DNA from: Cyclobacteriaceae bacterium
GTDB lineage: Bacteria; Bacteroidota; Bacteroidia; Cytophagales; Cyclobacteriaceae
NCBI GenBank assembly: GCA_040222235.1
Contig: JAVKDO010000066.1
Location: 13,545 to 77,544 of the forward strand
DNA: 64,000 bases
Direction: 5' to 3'
The notes beneath the pieces are model-generated. The model was not told the origin of the DNA and did not search any database. It saw only the letters and a list, made by a program, of their open reading frames with translations. Position 1 is the first letter of the stretch. Each line of letters begins with the position of its first letter. Made by a program: the position numbers and the translations under genes. This document shows, piece after piece, positions 38,856 through 47,466 of the stretch.

Positions 38856-39908
38856 ATGAAGACAATTAAAGGACCTGCCATTTTCTTAGCCCAATTCTTG
38901 GGAGATACTGCACCGTTTAACGATCTGGAATCCATCTGTAGATGGGCAGCACAGTTAGGCTACAAAGGAGTGCAAATCCCCACCTGGGATCCACGATGCA
39001 TCGACCTTGAGCAATGTGCCAAGAGTAGGACATACGCCGATGAGCTCAAAGGTAAAGTTGAGGCCTGTGGAGTGGAGATCACAGAGTTGAGTACTCACCT
39101 GCAAGGACAATTAGTAGCTGTAAACCCTGCCTATGACCAGATGTTCGACGGTTTCGCACCCAAGGAAGTGCATGGTAATCCAAAAGCGCGTACCGAGTGG
39201 GCAGTACAGCAACTCAAATATGCAGCGCAAGCGAGCCATAACTTAGGAATTAACGTGCATGCGACCTTCTCTGGTGCTTTGATTTGGCCATACGTATATC
39301 CATGGCCACAGCGCCCCGCTGGTTTAGTGGAGGCCGGATTCGAAGAGCTAGCTAATCGCTGGCTACCAATTCTTAATGAGTTTGACACTCAGGGTGTGGA
39401 TGTCTGCTATGAGGTTCATCCTGGTGAAGACCTTCATGACGGAGTGACTTTCGAGCGATTCTTAGAAGCTACAAATAATCATACCCGGGCGAGACTGCTT
39501 TATGATCCTAGCCACTTTGTGCTACAGCAGCTCGACTATCTACAATACATCGACTTTTATCATGAGCACATCCGCATGTTCCATGTCAAAGATGCGGAGT
39601 TCAATCCTAGTGGCAAGGCTGGCGTTTACGGTAGTTACTCTTCGTGGGTAGATCGACCAGGTCGCTTCAGATCACTCGGTGATGGTCAGGTAGACTTCAA
39701 GTCGATTTTTACTAAGCTATCGCAATATGGCTATGACGGCTGGGCAGTGATGGAATGGGAATGCTGTATCAAGAGTCCAGAACAAGGTGCTAGAGAAGGA
39801 TCTAAGTTCATCGCGGATCACATCATTGAAGTAACGGATAAAGCCTTTGATGACTTTGCAGATGCAGGAACAGATGACGAGACTAATCGAAAAATATTAG
39901 GGTTATAA
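38856..39908 (+). CDS. Xylose-isomerase-like TIM-barrel protein (sugar phosphate isomerase/epimerase family), cytoplasmic
   Basis: About 350 aa from the ATG at 38856 (MKTIKGPAIF...). The upstream 40-codon extension in the ORF track starts at a GTG inside an intergenic hairpin. Family-typical YEVHPGEDL, HVKD and metal-binding His/Asp/Glu spacing. Confidence 0.8.
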   Translation: MKTIKGPAIFLAQFLGDTAPFNDLESICRWAAQLGYKGVQIPTWDPRCIDLEQCAKSRTYADELKGKVEACGVEITELSTHLQGQLVAVNPAYDQMFDGFAPKEVHGNPKARTEWAVQQLKYAAQASHNLGINVHATFSGALIWPYVYPWPQRPAGLVEAGFEELANRWLPILNEFDTQGVDVCYEVHPGEDLHDGVTFERFLEATNNHTRARLLYDPSHFVLQQLDYLQYIDFYHEHIRMFHVKDAEFNPSGKAGVYGSYSSWVDRPGRFRSLGDGQVDFKSIFTKLSQYGYDGWAVMEWECCIKSPEQGAREGSKFIADHIIEVTDKAFDDFADAGTDDETNRKILGL

Positions 39909-39918
39909 ACTAATCAAT

Positions 39919-42900
39919 ATGATCAATCTAAAATCAATGGGATCAGCCGCAGGGCTGATTTTCGTTTTGTTTCTCGCCAGTTGTGGGTCTAACACCCAAA
40001 CGACCGAGCGCCCGAGAGAACCCTGGGTATTTCGGTCGGTGCTCGATGAACAGGCCAGAATGGTGACCGCCGCGCTCCACGATGAGATGTGGGTGGCTTA
40101 CAGCGCACAAAATGGCAACCTCTATAAAGTATGGAAAGGAGGCGCCAACTTCGAGGGGGCAGTCTACACGACCGTTCACGGCCCACAGCCCACTAGTAAA
40201 GGCTATGATTATTTCATGGGAGGTATAGAAGACAGCAATTGGAGCATCACCATGAATGGGCAGACTTCAGCTCCTGCCAAAATCCAATTCAGAGGCCATC
40301 GATTGACTGATGAAGGAGTGGTCTTTAGCTATGAACTCAGAGGATCGGGCTACAACATTCTGGTAAGGGAAAACCCCGAGTGTATCAAGCGGGGCAATCA
40401 AAATGGCTTGGTTAGAAAATTTAATGTGTCAGGTCTTCCTACCGGAGCTGAACTACGACACAACACCGTTTTCAGCTCATTGCAGGTGGATACGGACTAC
40501 TCCACGACAGGCAACTTCGAAATGAAAAGTAAGGAAGAGCAGTCCTACGACAGAGGAAGTGTTTGGAATGTGACCGGTGACCTGATCTTCTCAGCAGATG
40601 GTGAAGCCGAACTTAAAGTATTCTATCATCCTGGATTTGATCGATTGGAGATTGCCGATGGCGGTGCTGTGGCTACTGCGGATGTGGTCGAGCACCCTGG
40701 TAAGGGATTGATTTACAACAGTGACTGTAAGACCTGTCACAACGAGGAGGTGAAGACAATTGGTCCTGCCTATATCGCTGTAGCCCGGAGATATTCGGAT
40801 ACGGAGGAAGTAACCGAGATGCTCGCAGGAAAGATCATCAAAGGTGGAACCGGGGTGTGGGGTGAAGTCCCAATGACGGCTCACTCAACCCTTGGCGAAG
40901 ATGATGCGAAGGAAATGGTGCGTTACATCCTCTCATTGGATGACGGAGATGCAGGGGGTGATGCAAGCGAGTGGCATCTTGGTGTCAAGACCATACCCAT
41001 TAAGCTTCCCAATGAAGCACCGACCTTCAGCGGTTCTAGAAGTGGCTTGGCGGCTCACCTATATCCGTTCTCTGGAGATAAGCCGAATATGGACGTCATT
41101 GCATCGGAGCAGCCGATCAAGGCTGGCCCTGTCACTCAAATCCACTGCCGCGAGCAGGCCGACTTTGATTTGATGGAGAATTACGTGCTTGAGTTTAAGG
41201 GCAAATTGGTGATTGCACAGACAGGCAGCTATTCCTTTAGGTTGGTGACAGATGATGGATCTATCCTCTACATCAATGACAAAGAGATCATCAATCATTG
41301 GGATCTTCATGGGCCTGAGCCTAAAGATGGCGAGATGTACCTTGAGAAAGGTGAGCATCCCCTTCGGATTGTCTTCTTCCAAAAGGGTGGTGGAGCAGCA
41401 GCTTCGTTCCAGTATTTCGACAAAGAGGCGGGTCAGTTTGTCGTCGTGCCTGAGGACATGCTAAGTCATACAGCTGATGATTATTTGGAGACCCGTGTAT
41501 TTATTGATAATGCCAAGCTCGTGAAGGCTATTCCCGGTGACAAGCGACCTTTGGAAGATGTGCATCCGGCATTCGATCTCTATCAAGCGATACCTGATGG
41601 TTTTGAACCGAAAGTTGGCGGTATCGACTTCTTTTCTGACGGCAGCATGGTCATCTCGACATGGGATTCTGTAGGCGCTATCTATCGTATCCGAAATTAT
41701 ACCAGTGCTGATCCCTCACAAATTACTGTTAAGCAAGTGGCAGGTGGTTTAGCAGAACCGCTGGGTATCAAAGTGGTGGAAGACACGATCTACGTGCTAC
41801 AAAAGCAGGAATTGACACAACTCATAGATCATGATGGAGATGAGCTGATTGACGAATACCGCACTTTTAGCAACGCATGGCGAGTATCTGCCAATTTTCA
41901 CGAGTTTGCGTTTGGGCTAGTTTATAAGGCCGGCTATTTCTACGGGACACTGGCTACCGCAATATTGCCCGGTGGAGCTAGTGCGCAACCCCAGATTCCC
42001 GATAGGGGCAAGGTGGTAAAAATTAGTCGTAAGGACGGTTCATCAGAGTTTGTAGCCCATGGCCTTCGCACGCCTAACGGAATCGGAGAAGGCGTGGATG
42101 GAGAGCTCTTTGTGGCAGATAACCAGGGTGACTGGCTACCGGCCAGCAAGATCGTCCATGTCAAAGAAGGACAGTTTTATGGTTCAAGATCTGTCGATCC
42201 AGAAGGCACGGTCAATACCAAAGAGAAGTTGCCGGTTGTCTGGCTACCGCAGGACGAGATCGGGAACTCACCGAGTGAACCCATCGCTATCAACGTTGGC
42301 CCGTATGCTGGACAAATGATTCATGGCGAGGTGACCCATGGTGGCCTCAAGCGTGTATTTGCGGAGAAGGTAGATGGTGAGTATCAGGGAGCAGTATTCC
42401 GCTTTACTCAGGGTTTAATGGCAGGCATCAATCGCATTGACTGGGGGCCTGATGGTTCGCTTTATGTGGGCGGAGTTGGTTCTACTGGCAACTGGTCACA
42501 TACCGGCAAAAAATGGTTCGGTGTGCAACGCCTTGTTTATCAGGATAGGCCTGTCTTCGAAATGCTAGCCGTTCGGTCCAGGTCTAATGGATTCGAAATA
42601 GAATTTACACAACCCATTAAAGAAGGTGAGCGTGTTGATGCTAGCAACTTCGAAGTGCAGCAGTGGTATTACCTCCCAACGCCGGAATATGGTGGCCCGA
42701 AATTGGACCTTGAAGATTTAGACATTAAGTCCTTCAATCTGTCAGCGGATCGCAAGAAAGTTTTCATAGAACTGGATGGTCTCAAGACCAATCATGTGGT
42801 CTACTTGAGAATTGCCAAACCATTCATTGGTGAAGGAGAACTGGAACTATGGACGACTGAGGCGTGGTATACACTCAATGCTATCGGTACTGAGCAGGGC

Positions 42901-43611
42901 TTTAGCAATCCTGTGCGCGTCTCGAATAATACACTTTCTGATAAGGAGCAGCAAGAGGGTTGGAAGCTTTTGTTCGACGGTAAAAGTACTGCCGGACTTA
43001 GAAAGTTTAAAGGGGATCAGATCGGTAAGAGATGGCAGGTAACCAACGGCACGCTCATGTTTTCTGGTAAGGATGCCAACGATACTGGCTGGCAAGCTGC
43101 CGATGGAGGCGATATCATCATCACTGATAAGACTTATAAAAACTTTGAGCTTCAGCTGGACTGGAAGATATCAGAAGGCGGTAATAGCGGTATCATTTAC
43201 AATGTGATCGAAGATGATAAATACGACTATGTGTGGCAGACGGGAATGGAAATGCAGATCCTGGATAATGCGCGTCACCCTGATGGACAAATAGAGAAGC
43301 ACAGAGCTGGAGATTTGTACGACTTGATCGAGACAAAGTTTGTAACGGCAAGCCCTCCTGGAGAATGGAACAGTATCCGATTGATCGTACAAAATGGATA
43401 CGTCCAGCACTGGCAAAACGGCTACAAAGTAGTCGAATACCAATTCGGTACCCCTGAGTGGGAGGCCATGGTAGCTGGCAGTAAATTCAAGGAGATGCCT
43501 GACTTTGGTACAGCTAGTGAAGGCGGCCATATAGCTTTACAAGACCATGGAGATGCTGTGTGGTTTAGAAATATTAAGATTAGAGAACTACCTAATGACC
43601 CTAACCTATGA
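39919..43611 (+). CDS. Large exported lipoprotein: N-terminal domain + c-type cytochrome (CxxCH) + PA14 + sorbosone/glucose dehydrogenase-like beta-propeller + C-terminal DUF1080 (3-keto-disaccharide hydrolase-like) domain
   Basis: 1230 aa. Lipobox FLASCGS. Heme motif CKTCH at nt 40726..40740 with a downstream GVWGEVPMTAH Met ligand. PA14-like FRLVTDDGSILYINDKEIINHW. DUF1080 pattern WKLLFDGKS...WQVTNGTLMFSG...NFELQLDWKISEGGNSGIIY...GHIALQDHGDAVWFRNIKIREL. Confidence 0.75.
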   Translation: MINLKSMGSAAGLIFVLFLASCGSNTQTTERPREPWVFRSVLDEQARMVTAALHDEMWVAYSAQNGNLYKVWKGGANFEGAVYTTVHGPQPTSKGYDYFMGGIEDSNWSITMNGQTSAPAKIQFRGHRLTDEGVVFSYELRGSGYNILVRENPECIKRGNQNGLVRKFNVSGLPTGAELRHNTVFSSLQVDTDYSTTGNFEMKSKEEQSYDRGSVWNVTGDLIFSADGEAELKVFYHPGFDRLEIADGGAVATADVVEHPGKGLIYNSDCKTCHNEEVKTIGPAYIAVARRYSDTEEVTEMLAGKIIKGGTGVWGEVPMTAHSTLGEDDAKEMVRYILSLDDGDAGGDASEWHLGVKTIPIKLPNEAPTFSGSRSGLAAHLYPFSGDKPNMDVIASEQPIKAGPVTQIHCREQADFDLMENYVLEFKGKLVIAQTGSYSFRLVTDDGSILYINDKEIINHWDLHGPEPKDGEMYLEKGEHPLRIVFFQKGGGAAASFQYFDKEAGQFVVVPEDMLSHTADDYLETRVFIDNAKLVKAIPGDKRPLEDVHPAFDLYQAIPDGFEPKVGGIDFFSDGSMVISTWDSVGAIYRIRNYTSADPSQITVKQVAGGLAEPLGIKVVEDTIYVLQKQELTQLIDHDGDELIDEYRTFSNAWRVSANFHEFAFGLVYKAGYFYGTLATAILPGGASAQPQIPDRGKVVKISRKDGSSEFVAHGLRTPNGIGEGVDGELFVADNQGDWLPASKIVHVKEGQFYGSRSVDPEGTVNTKEKLPVVWLPQDEIGNSPSEPIAINVGPYAGQMIHGEVTHGGLKRVFAEKVDGEYQGAVFRFTQGLMAGINRIDWGPDGSLYVGGVGSTGNWSHTGKKWFGVQRLVYQDRPVFEMLAVRSRSNGFEIEFTQPIKEGERVDASNFEVQQWYYLPTPEYGGPKLDLEDLDIKSFNLSADRKKVFIELDGLKTNHVVYLRIAKPFIGEGELELWTTEAWYTLNAIGTEQGFSNPVRVSNNTLSDKEQQEGWKLLFDGKSTAGLRKFKGDQIGKRWQVTNGTLMFSGKDANDTGWQAADGGDIIITDKTYKNFELQLDWKISEGGNSGIIYNVIEDDKYDYVWQTGMEMQILDNARHPDGQIEKHRAGDLYDLIETKFVTASPPGEWNSIRLIVQNGYVQHWQNGYKVVEYQFGTPEWEAMVAGSKFKEMPDFGTASEGGHIALQDHGDAVWFRNIKIRELPNDPNL

Positions 43612-44522
43612 AGACTAGAAGAATATTCATCAAAACAGCAGGAGTAGCCGCAGCAGGGATGGCCTTGATACCTAGCTGTGCTCCCTCGGCCAAAAAAGAG
43701 GAAACCGTAGTTGCTGCTTCAGAACCTGTCCCAGTAGCAGCTAAGAAGGATATTGGCCTCCAGATCTACACCGTTAGAAATCAGATTGATCAAGACTTGG
43801 AGGCCACAATGAAGGCTGTAGCTGAGACGGGCTATAATCAGGTAGAGATATTCGGTTATGACCATGGTCAATACTTCGGACTGTCTGCTGAGGACTTTTA
43901 CAAGTTGCTGTCAAAATATGACTTAAGCCCGATCAGTAGCCACCATGGTACGGGACGCACCCAGCCTGAGATGGTAGGTACGCTCAGCAACGGTTGGCAA
44001 CAGGCTGTTGACCATGCCGCCATGGCTGGCCAGCAATATATGGTAATGCCCTACTTAACCGGCGATGAGCGTTCGATGGAGCACTACAAGGCCCTACCGG
44101 AAATGCTGAATAAGGCGGGAGAAGTAGTCAAAGCTGCTGGTATGCAGCTCTGTTATCACAACCATGATTTTGAGTTCATGGAAATGGAAGGTGTTCTGCC
44201 AATGTATCACATCTTGGACAATACCGATCCAGAGCTTGTCAAAATGGAGTTGGACCTTTACTGGATTACAAAAGCAGGTTATGACCCAATGGCTTTCTTT
44301 GAGAAGTACCCTGGCCGTACACCGCTTTGGCATGTCAAGGATATGGCTAACACTCCGGAAAAGGGATTTGCTGAAGTAGGAAATGGAGTGATTGATTTTA
44401 AGACCATTTTCGCTAACAAAGAGAAATCAGGAATGACCCACTTCTTCGTGGAGCAGGATCAGTCAGATGATCCATTAAGGAGTATCGGGATCAGCTACAA
44501 GAATGTAGCACGATTATTTTAG
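43608..44522 (+). CDS. Tat-exported xylose-isomerase-like TIM-barrel protein (sugar phosphate isomerase/epimerase family)
   Basis: 304 aa. Twin-arginine signal MKTRRIFIKTAGVAAAGMALIPSC. TIM-barrel family motifs (YHNHDFEF, WHVKD). ATGA overlap with the upstream gene. Confidence 0.8.
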   Translation: MKTRRIFIKTAGVAAAGMALIPSCAPSAKKEETVVAASEPVPVAAKKDIGLQIYTVRNQIDQDLEATMKAVAETGYNQVEIFGYDHGQYFGLSAEDFYKLLSKYDLSPISSHHGTGRTQPEMVGTLSNGWQQAVDHAAMAGQQYMVMPYLTGDERSMEHYKALPEMLNKAGEVVKAAGMQLCYHNHDFEFMEMEGVLPMYHILDNTDPELVKMELDLYWITKAGYDPMAFFEKYPGRTPLWHVKDMANTPEKGFAEVGNGVIDFKTIFANKEKSGMTHFFVEQDQSDDPLRSIGISYKNVARLF

Positions 44523-44534
44523 CAGATATAGCTT

Positions 44535-46856
44535 ATGCGTTGGTTTGGAGGGTTGATTATACTGCTGTTGGCAACTAATGGAATTGCTCAAAGTATCAAG
44601 GGTAATATAAAAGAAGCACTGAGCTTTGATCCCGTGATTGGGGCCAACATTGCGATAGCGCAAAACAGGACACCTAAAAATACTAGCTCCGGTATATCTA
44701 CGGATAATGATGGTCGATTCGAGCTTGACCTAGAACCTGGAAGGTACAATTTGCTCATTAGTGCCGTGGGCTATGAGCAGCTATTGATACAAGAAGTGCT
44801 GGTGAAGGCCGGTAAGCAGCTAGTGCTCGACGTAGAGCTTAACCCCGCGACCTATCGGCTGGGAGAAGTCGTCATTTCAGCGAACAGCCAAAACGAGATA
44901 GACGGTATTCGATCCATTACCATGGAAGAAACTATGCGCTACGCAGCGACATATTTTGATCCTGCCAGGCTCACGCTCTCATTGCCGGCTGTTGCAGCTA
45001 CCAATGATCAGAACAACAATATTTCCGTTAGGGGAAACTCGCCCAATCATCTTCGATGGCGACTAGAGGGTGTCGAGATCGTCAACCCGAATCACCTGAG
45101 CAATGCAGGCACTCTGAGTGATCGGCCTTCCCAAAACGGTGGAGGTGTCAATATCTTGAGTACCCAAATGATGTCAAATTCATCCTTCGTTTATGGAGCA
45201 TTTGATGCCACTTATGGCAATAGCATCGGAGGCATCTTCGATATAGGCATAAGGGCTGGAAATAAACAGAAAAGGGAATACACCTTGCAAGCTGGACTGC
45301 TTGGGTTCGATGCATCTGCGGAGGGTCCCATCAAGCGAGGTGGAGCCAGCTACTTGGTGAATTATCGCTACAGTACGGTCGGTCTGCTGTCCGCCATGGG
45401 TGTGGACTTTGGGGGAGAGTCGATCGGTTTTCAGGATCTGGCTTTCAATATCAACGTGCCGCTGAAGCGCGGCAACCTCAAGCTTTTTGCGATGGGCGGG
45501 GTTAGCACAAATGAGTTTGAGGGGTTGAATGACCCTTCCGAATGGGAAGAAGACAAGGATAGGTCTGACATCAAAGCTGATGGACATGTGGGGGCTGCCG
45601 GGATTTCCTTTGATCGGTCGCTGGGGGGAGGAATACTCCAACTGACTTCCGTATTCTCTAGTCAAAAGAGCGTTAGAGATGAGCAGCAGCGTGACCTGAC
45701 TGGATTTATGAATGCCTCCGCTTACGACTACTACCGTGAATCACTCTCTTCGACCCACTTGTCTTGGGCCAAATCTGTTGGTATTTTCACCTATGAGGTG
45801 GGTAGTTATCTAAACTTGTATGACTATCGGATTACTCGACAGTCCAGTAATATCAGATTTAATGATCTGGTACCTATGAACATTGATGATGAGCAGATCA
45901 TGTTGCTCACACCCTATATTGATACGCGCTGGCAGATTAGTCAGAAATTGGAACTAGCCCTTGGCATCCAGGGCAACTATCAAAATTTGAATCCTGGTTT
46001 TCAGATAGACCCCAGAGCGGCACTCACCTATCAAGTTAACGAAAAGAATAAGCTACGACTGGCTAGTGGTGGGTACAGTCAGGTGATGTCTCCTTTCATC
46101 TACTACAACCTTCGCAATTCCGTAGTGACAGATGGCTACCGCTATCCTAATAAAGCCATGGGGCTATTGAGCTCTCAAGTGACGAACCTCTCATGGCAAA
46201 GAGTCCTATCGGAAAGAACTACCTTCAGAACTGAGGTCTACTGGCAGCACTATGTTGACGTGCCAGTTTCTATCAATTCGGACTTTTCTGTGCTCAACTA
46301 TTTCGATGGAGATGCCTGGTTCAGATTAACACCAGAAGGCTCAGGAGATACTTATGGATGGGAGACCACCTTAGAGCAGAAGCTGTCGAAGGACTTTTAC
46401 TATCTGGTCAGCTTGAGTTTTATAGACTCCAGATTTACCACATTGGAAGGAGAGGAGTACGACACGAGATTTAATACCAACTATGCATTAAACATTACTA
46501 CTGGGAAGGAATTCGTGACAAAGAGAGGCAATGGCTTTAGTGTAAATGTAAGATCAATCTGGCAGGGTGGTCTGAGGGATTACCGTATAGGGGTTGATCA
46601 AGCGCCTTTCTTTCTTTTCCCTACGCAAGAAGGCGACCCTTTTGCCTTTCAATATGAAGACTACTTCCGGTGGGACTTGCGCTTAGCTTGGACGAAGAAC
46701 AAGCCTAACTACACCCGCATGATCTATTTGGATATCCAAAACCTAACCAATAGAAAGAATACTGCCTTCTATGATTTCGACGAGGTGCAGCAAGGCGTGG
46801 TAAGAAGAGAGCAGCTGGGTCTCATTCCAATATTAACCTACAGAGTTGAGTTTTGA
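44535..46856 (+). CDS. TonB-dependent receptor with N-terminal carboxypeptidase-regulatory-like domain
   Basis: 773 aa. Signal peptide, CarboxypepD_reg-like NIAIA...DGRFELDLEPGRYNLLISAVGY, plug region, C-terminal beta-barrel ending in aromatic ...TYRVEF. No SusD-like gene follows. Confidence 0.8.
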   Translation: MRWFGGLIILLLATNGIAQSIKGNIKEALSFDPVIGANIAIAQNRTPKNTSSGISTDNDGRFELDLEPGRYNLLISAVGYEQLLIQEVLVKAGKQLVLDVELNPATYRLGEVVISANSQNEIDGIRSITMEETMRYAATYFDPARLTLSLPAVAATNDQNNNISVRGNSPNHLRWRLEGVEIVNPNHLSNAGTLSDRPSQNGGGVNILSTQMMSNSSFVYGAFDATYGNSIGGIFDIGIRAGNKQKREYTLQAGLLGFDASAEGPIKRGGASYLVNYRYSTVGLLSAMGVDFGGESIGFQDLAFNINVPLKRGNLKLFAMGGVSTNEFEGLNDPSEWEEDKDRSDIKADGHVGAAGISFDRSLGGGILQLTSVFSSQKSVRDEQQRDLTGFMNASAYDYYRESLSSTHLSWAKSVGIFTYEVGSYLNLYDYRITRQSSNIRFNDLVPMNIDDEQIMLLTPYIDTRWQISQKLELALGIQGNYQNLNPGFQIDPRAALTYQVNEKNKLRLASGGYSQVMSPFIYYNLRNSVVTDGYRYPNKAMGLLSSQVTNLSWQRVLSERTTFRTEVYWQHYVDVPVSINSDFSVLNYFDGDAWFRLTPEGSGDTYGWETTLEQKLSKDFYYLVSLSFIDSRFTTLEGEEYDTRFNTNYALNITTGKEFVTKRGNGFSVNVRSIWQGGLRDYRIGVDQAPFFLFPTQEGDPFAFQYEDYFRWDLRLAWTKNKPNYTRMIYLDIQNLTNRKNTAFYDFDEVQQGVVRREQLGLIPILTYRVEF

Positions 46857-47221
46857 TGATGAAGAAAATTATTGATACCATCCTGGCAATCCTCTTTTTC
46901 CTGTTTGCAGTGGTGCAATTCAATGATCCTGATCCGCTGCTGTGGATAGCCATCTACGGAATAGTTGGTCTGGTCAGCGCAGGTGCTTTTTTCGATAAGT
47001 ATCACCAGTACGCGCTCATCTCACTGATTCTGATCATCACGGTCTGGTCGTTGATTCTACTTCCGAACGTCTTCACATGGCTCACCACCTCGAATCTCGA
47101 TGAACTATCCGGAGAGATGATGTCCGACAAGCCGTATATAGAAGGCACTCGGGAGTTTGGAGGGCTGCTGATTGCTGATTTGGCGTTGGTGTATCATTGG
47201 GTTGTATCTAGAAAAGGCTGA
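46853..47221 (+). CDS. Small 4-TM membrane protein (TMEM220-like)
   Basis: 122 aa. FAVVQFNDPDPLLWIAIYG pattern. ATGA overlap with the TonB receptor gene. Confidence 0.5.
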   Translation: MMMKKIIDTILAILFFLFAVVQFNDPDPLLWIAIYGIVGLVSAGAFFDKYHQYALISLILIITVWSLILLPNVFTWLTTSNLDELSGEMMSDKPYIEGTREFGGLLIADLALVYHWVVSRKG

Positions 47222-47397
47222 GGCTCCTTTGTCACAGATCAAGTCCATAATCTGTTTTCTCGTCAAGCTGAATTGAACCTTCAAGTGCTTTTAGAAAAGT
47301 ATGATGGCATTACAGGCCGATCAGAAAAAGATAGTAGTTTGTTCAAAAGACAACCTTTTGTATATTTGTCCCTTTATGAAGGGATAAATATATAATT

Positions 47398-47423
47398 TAA
47401 TATCCTTATATATAAGGATATTA
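47398..47423. promoter_or_regulatory. 26-bp perfect palindrome, candidate operator upstream of the DUF4143 ATPase gene
   Basis: taatatccttata|tataaggatatta is perfectly self-complementary. It lies between two TAnnTTTG boxes (TATATTTG at 47361..47368 and TACCTTTG at 47437..47444), 44 nt upstream of the GTG start. Confidence 0.5.
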
Positions 47424-47466
47424 TTTCTCACATTCTTACCTTTGTAAGAGGATGAATTGAACAATA

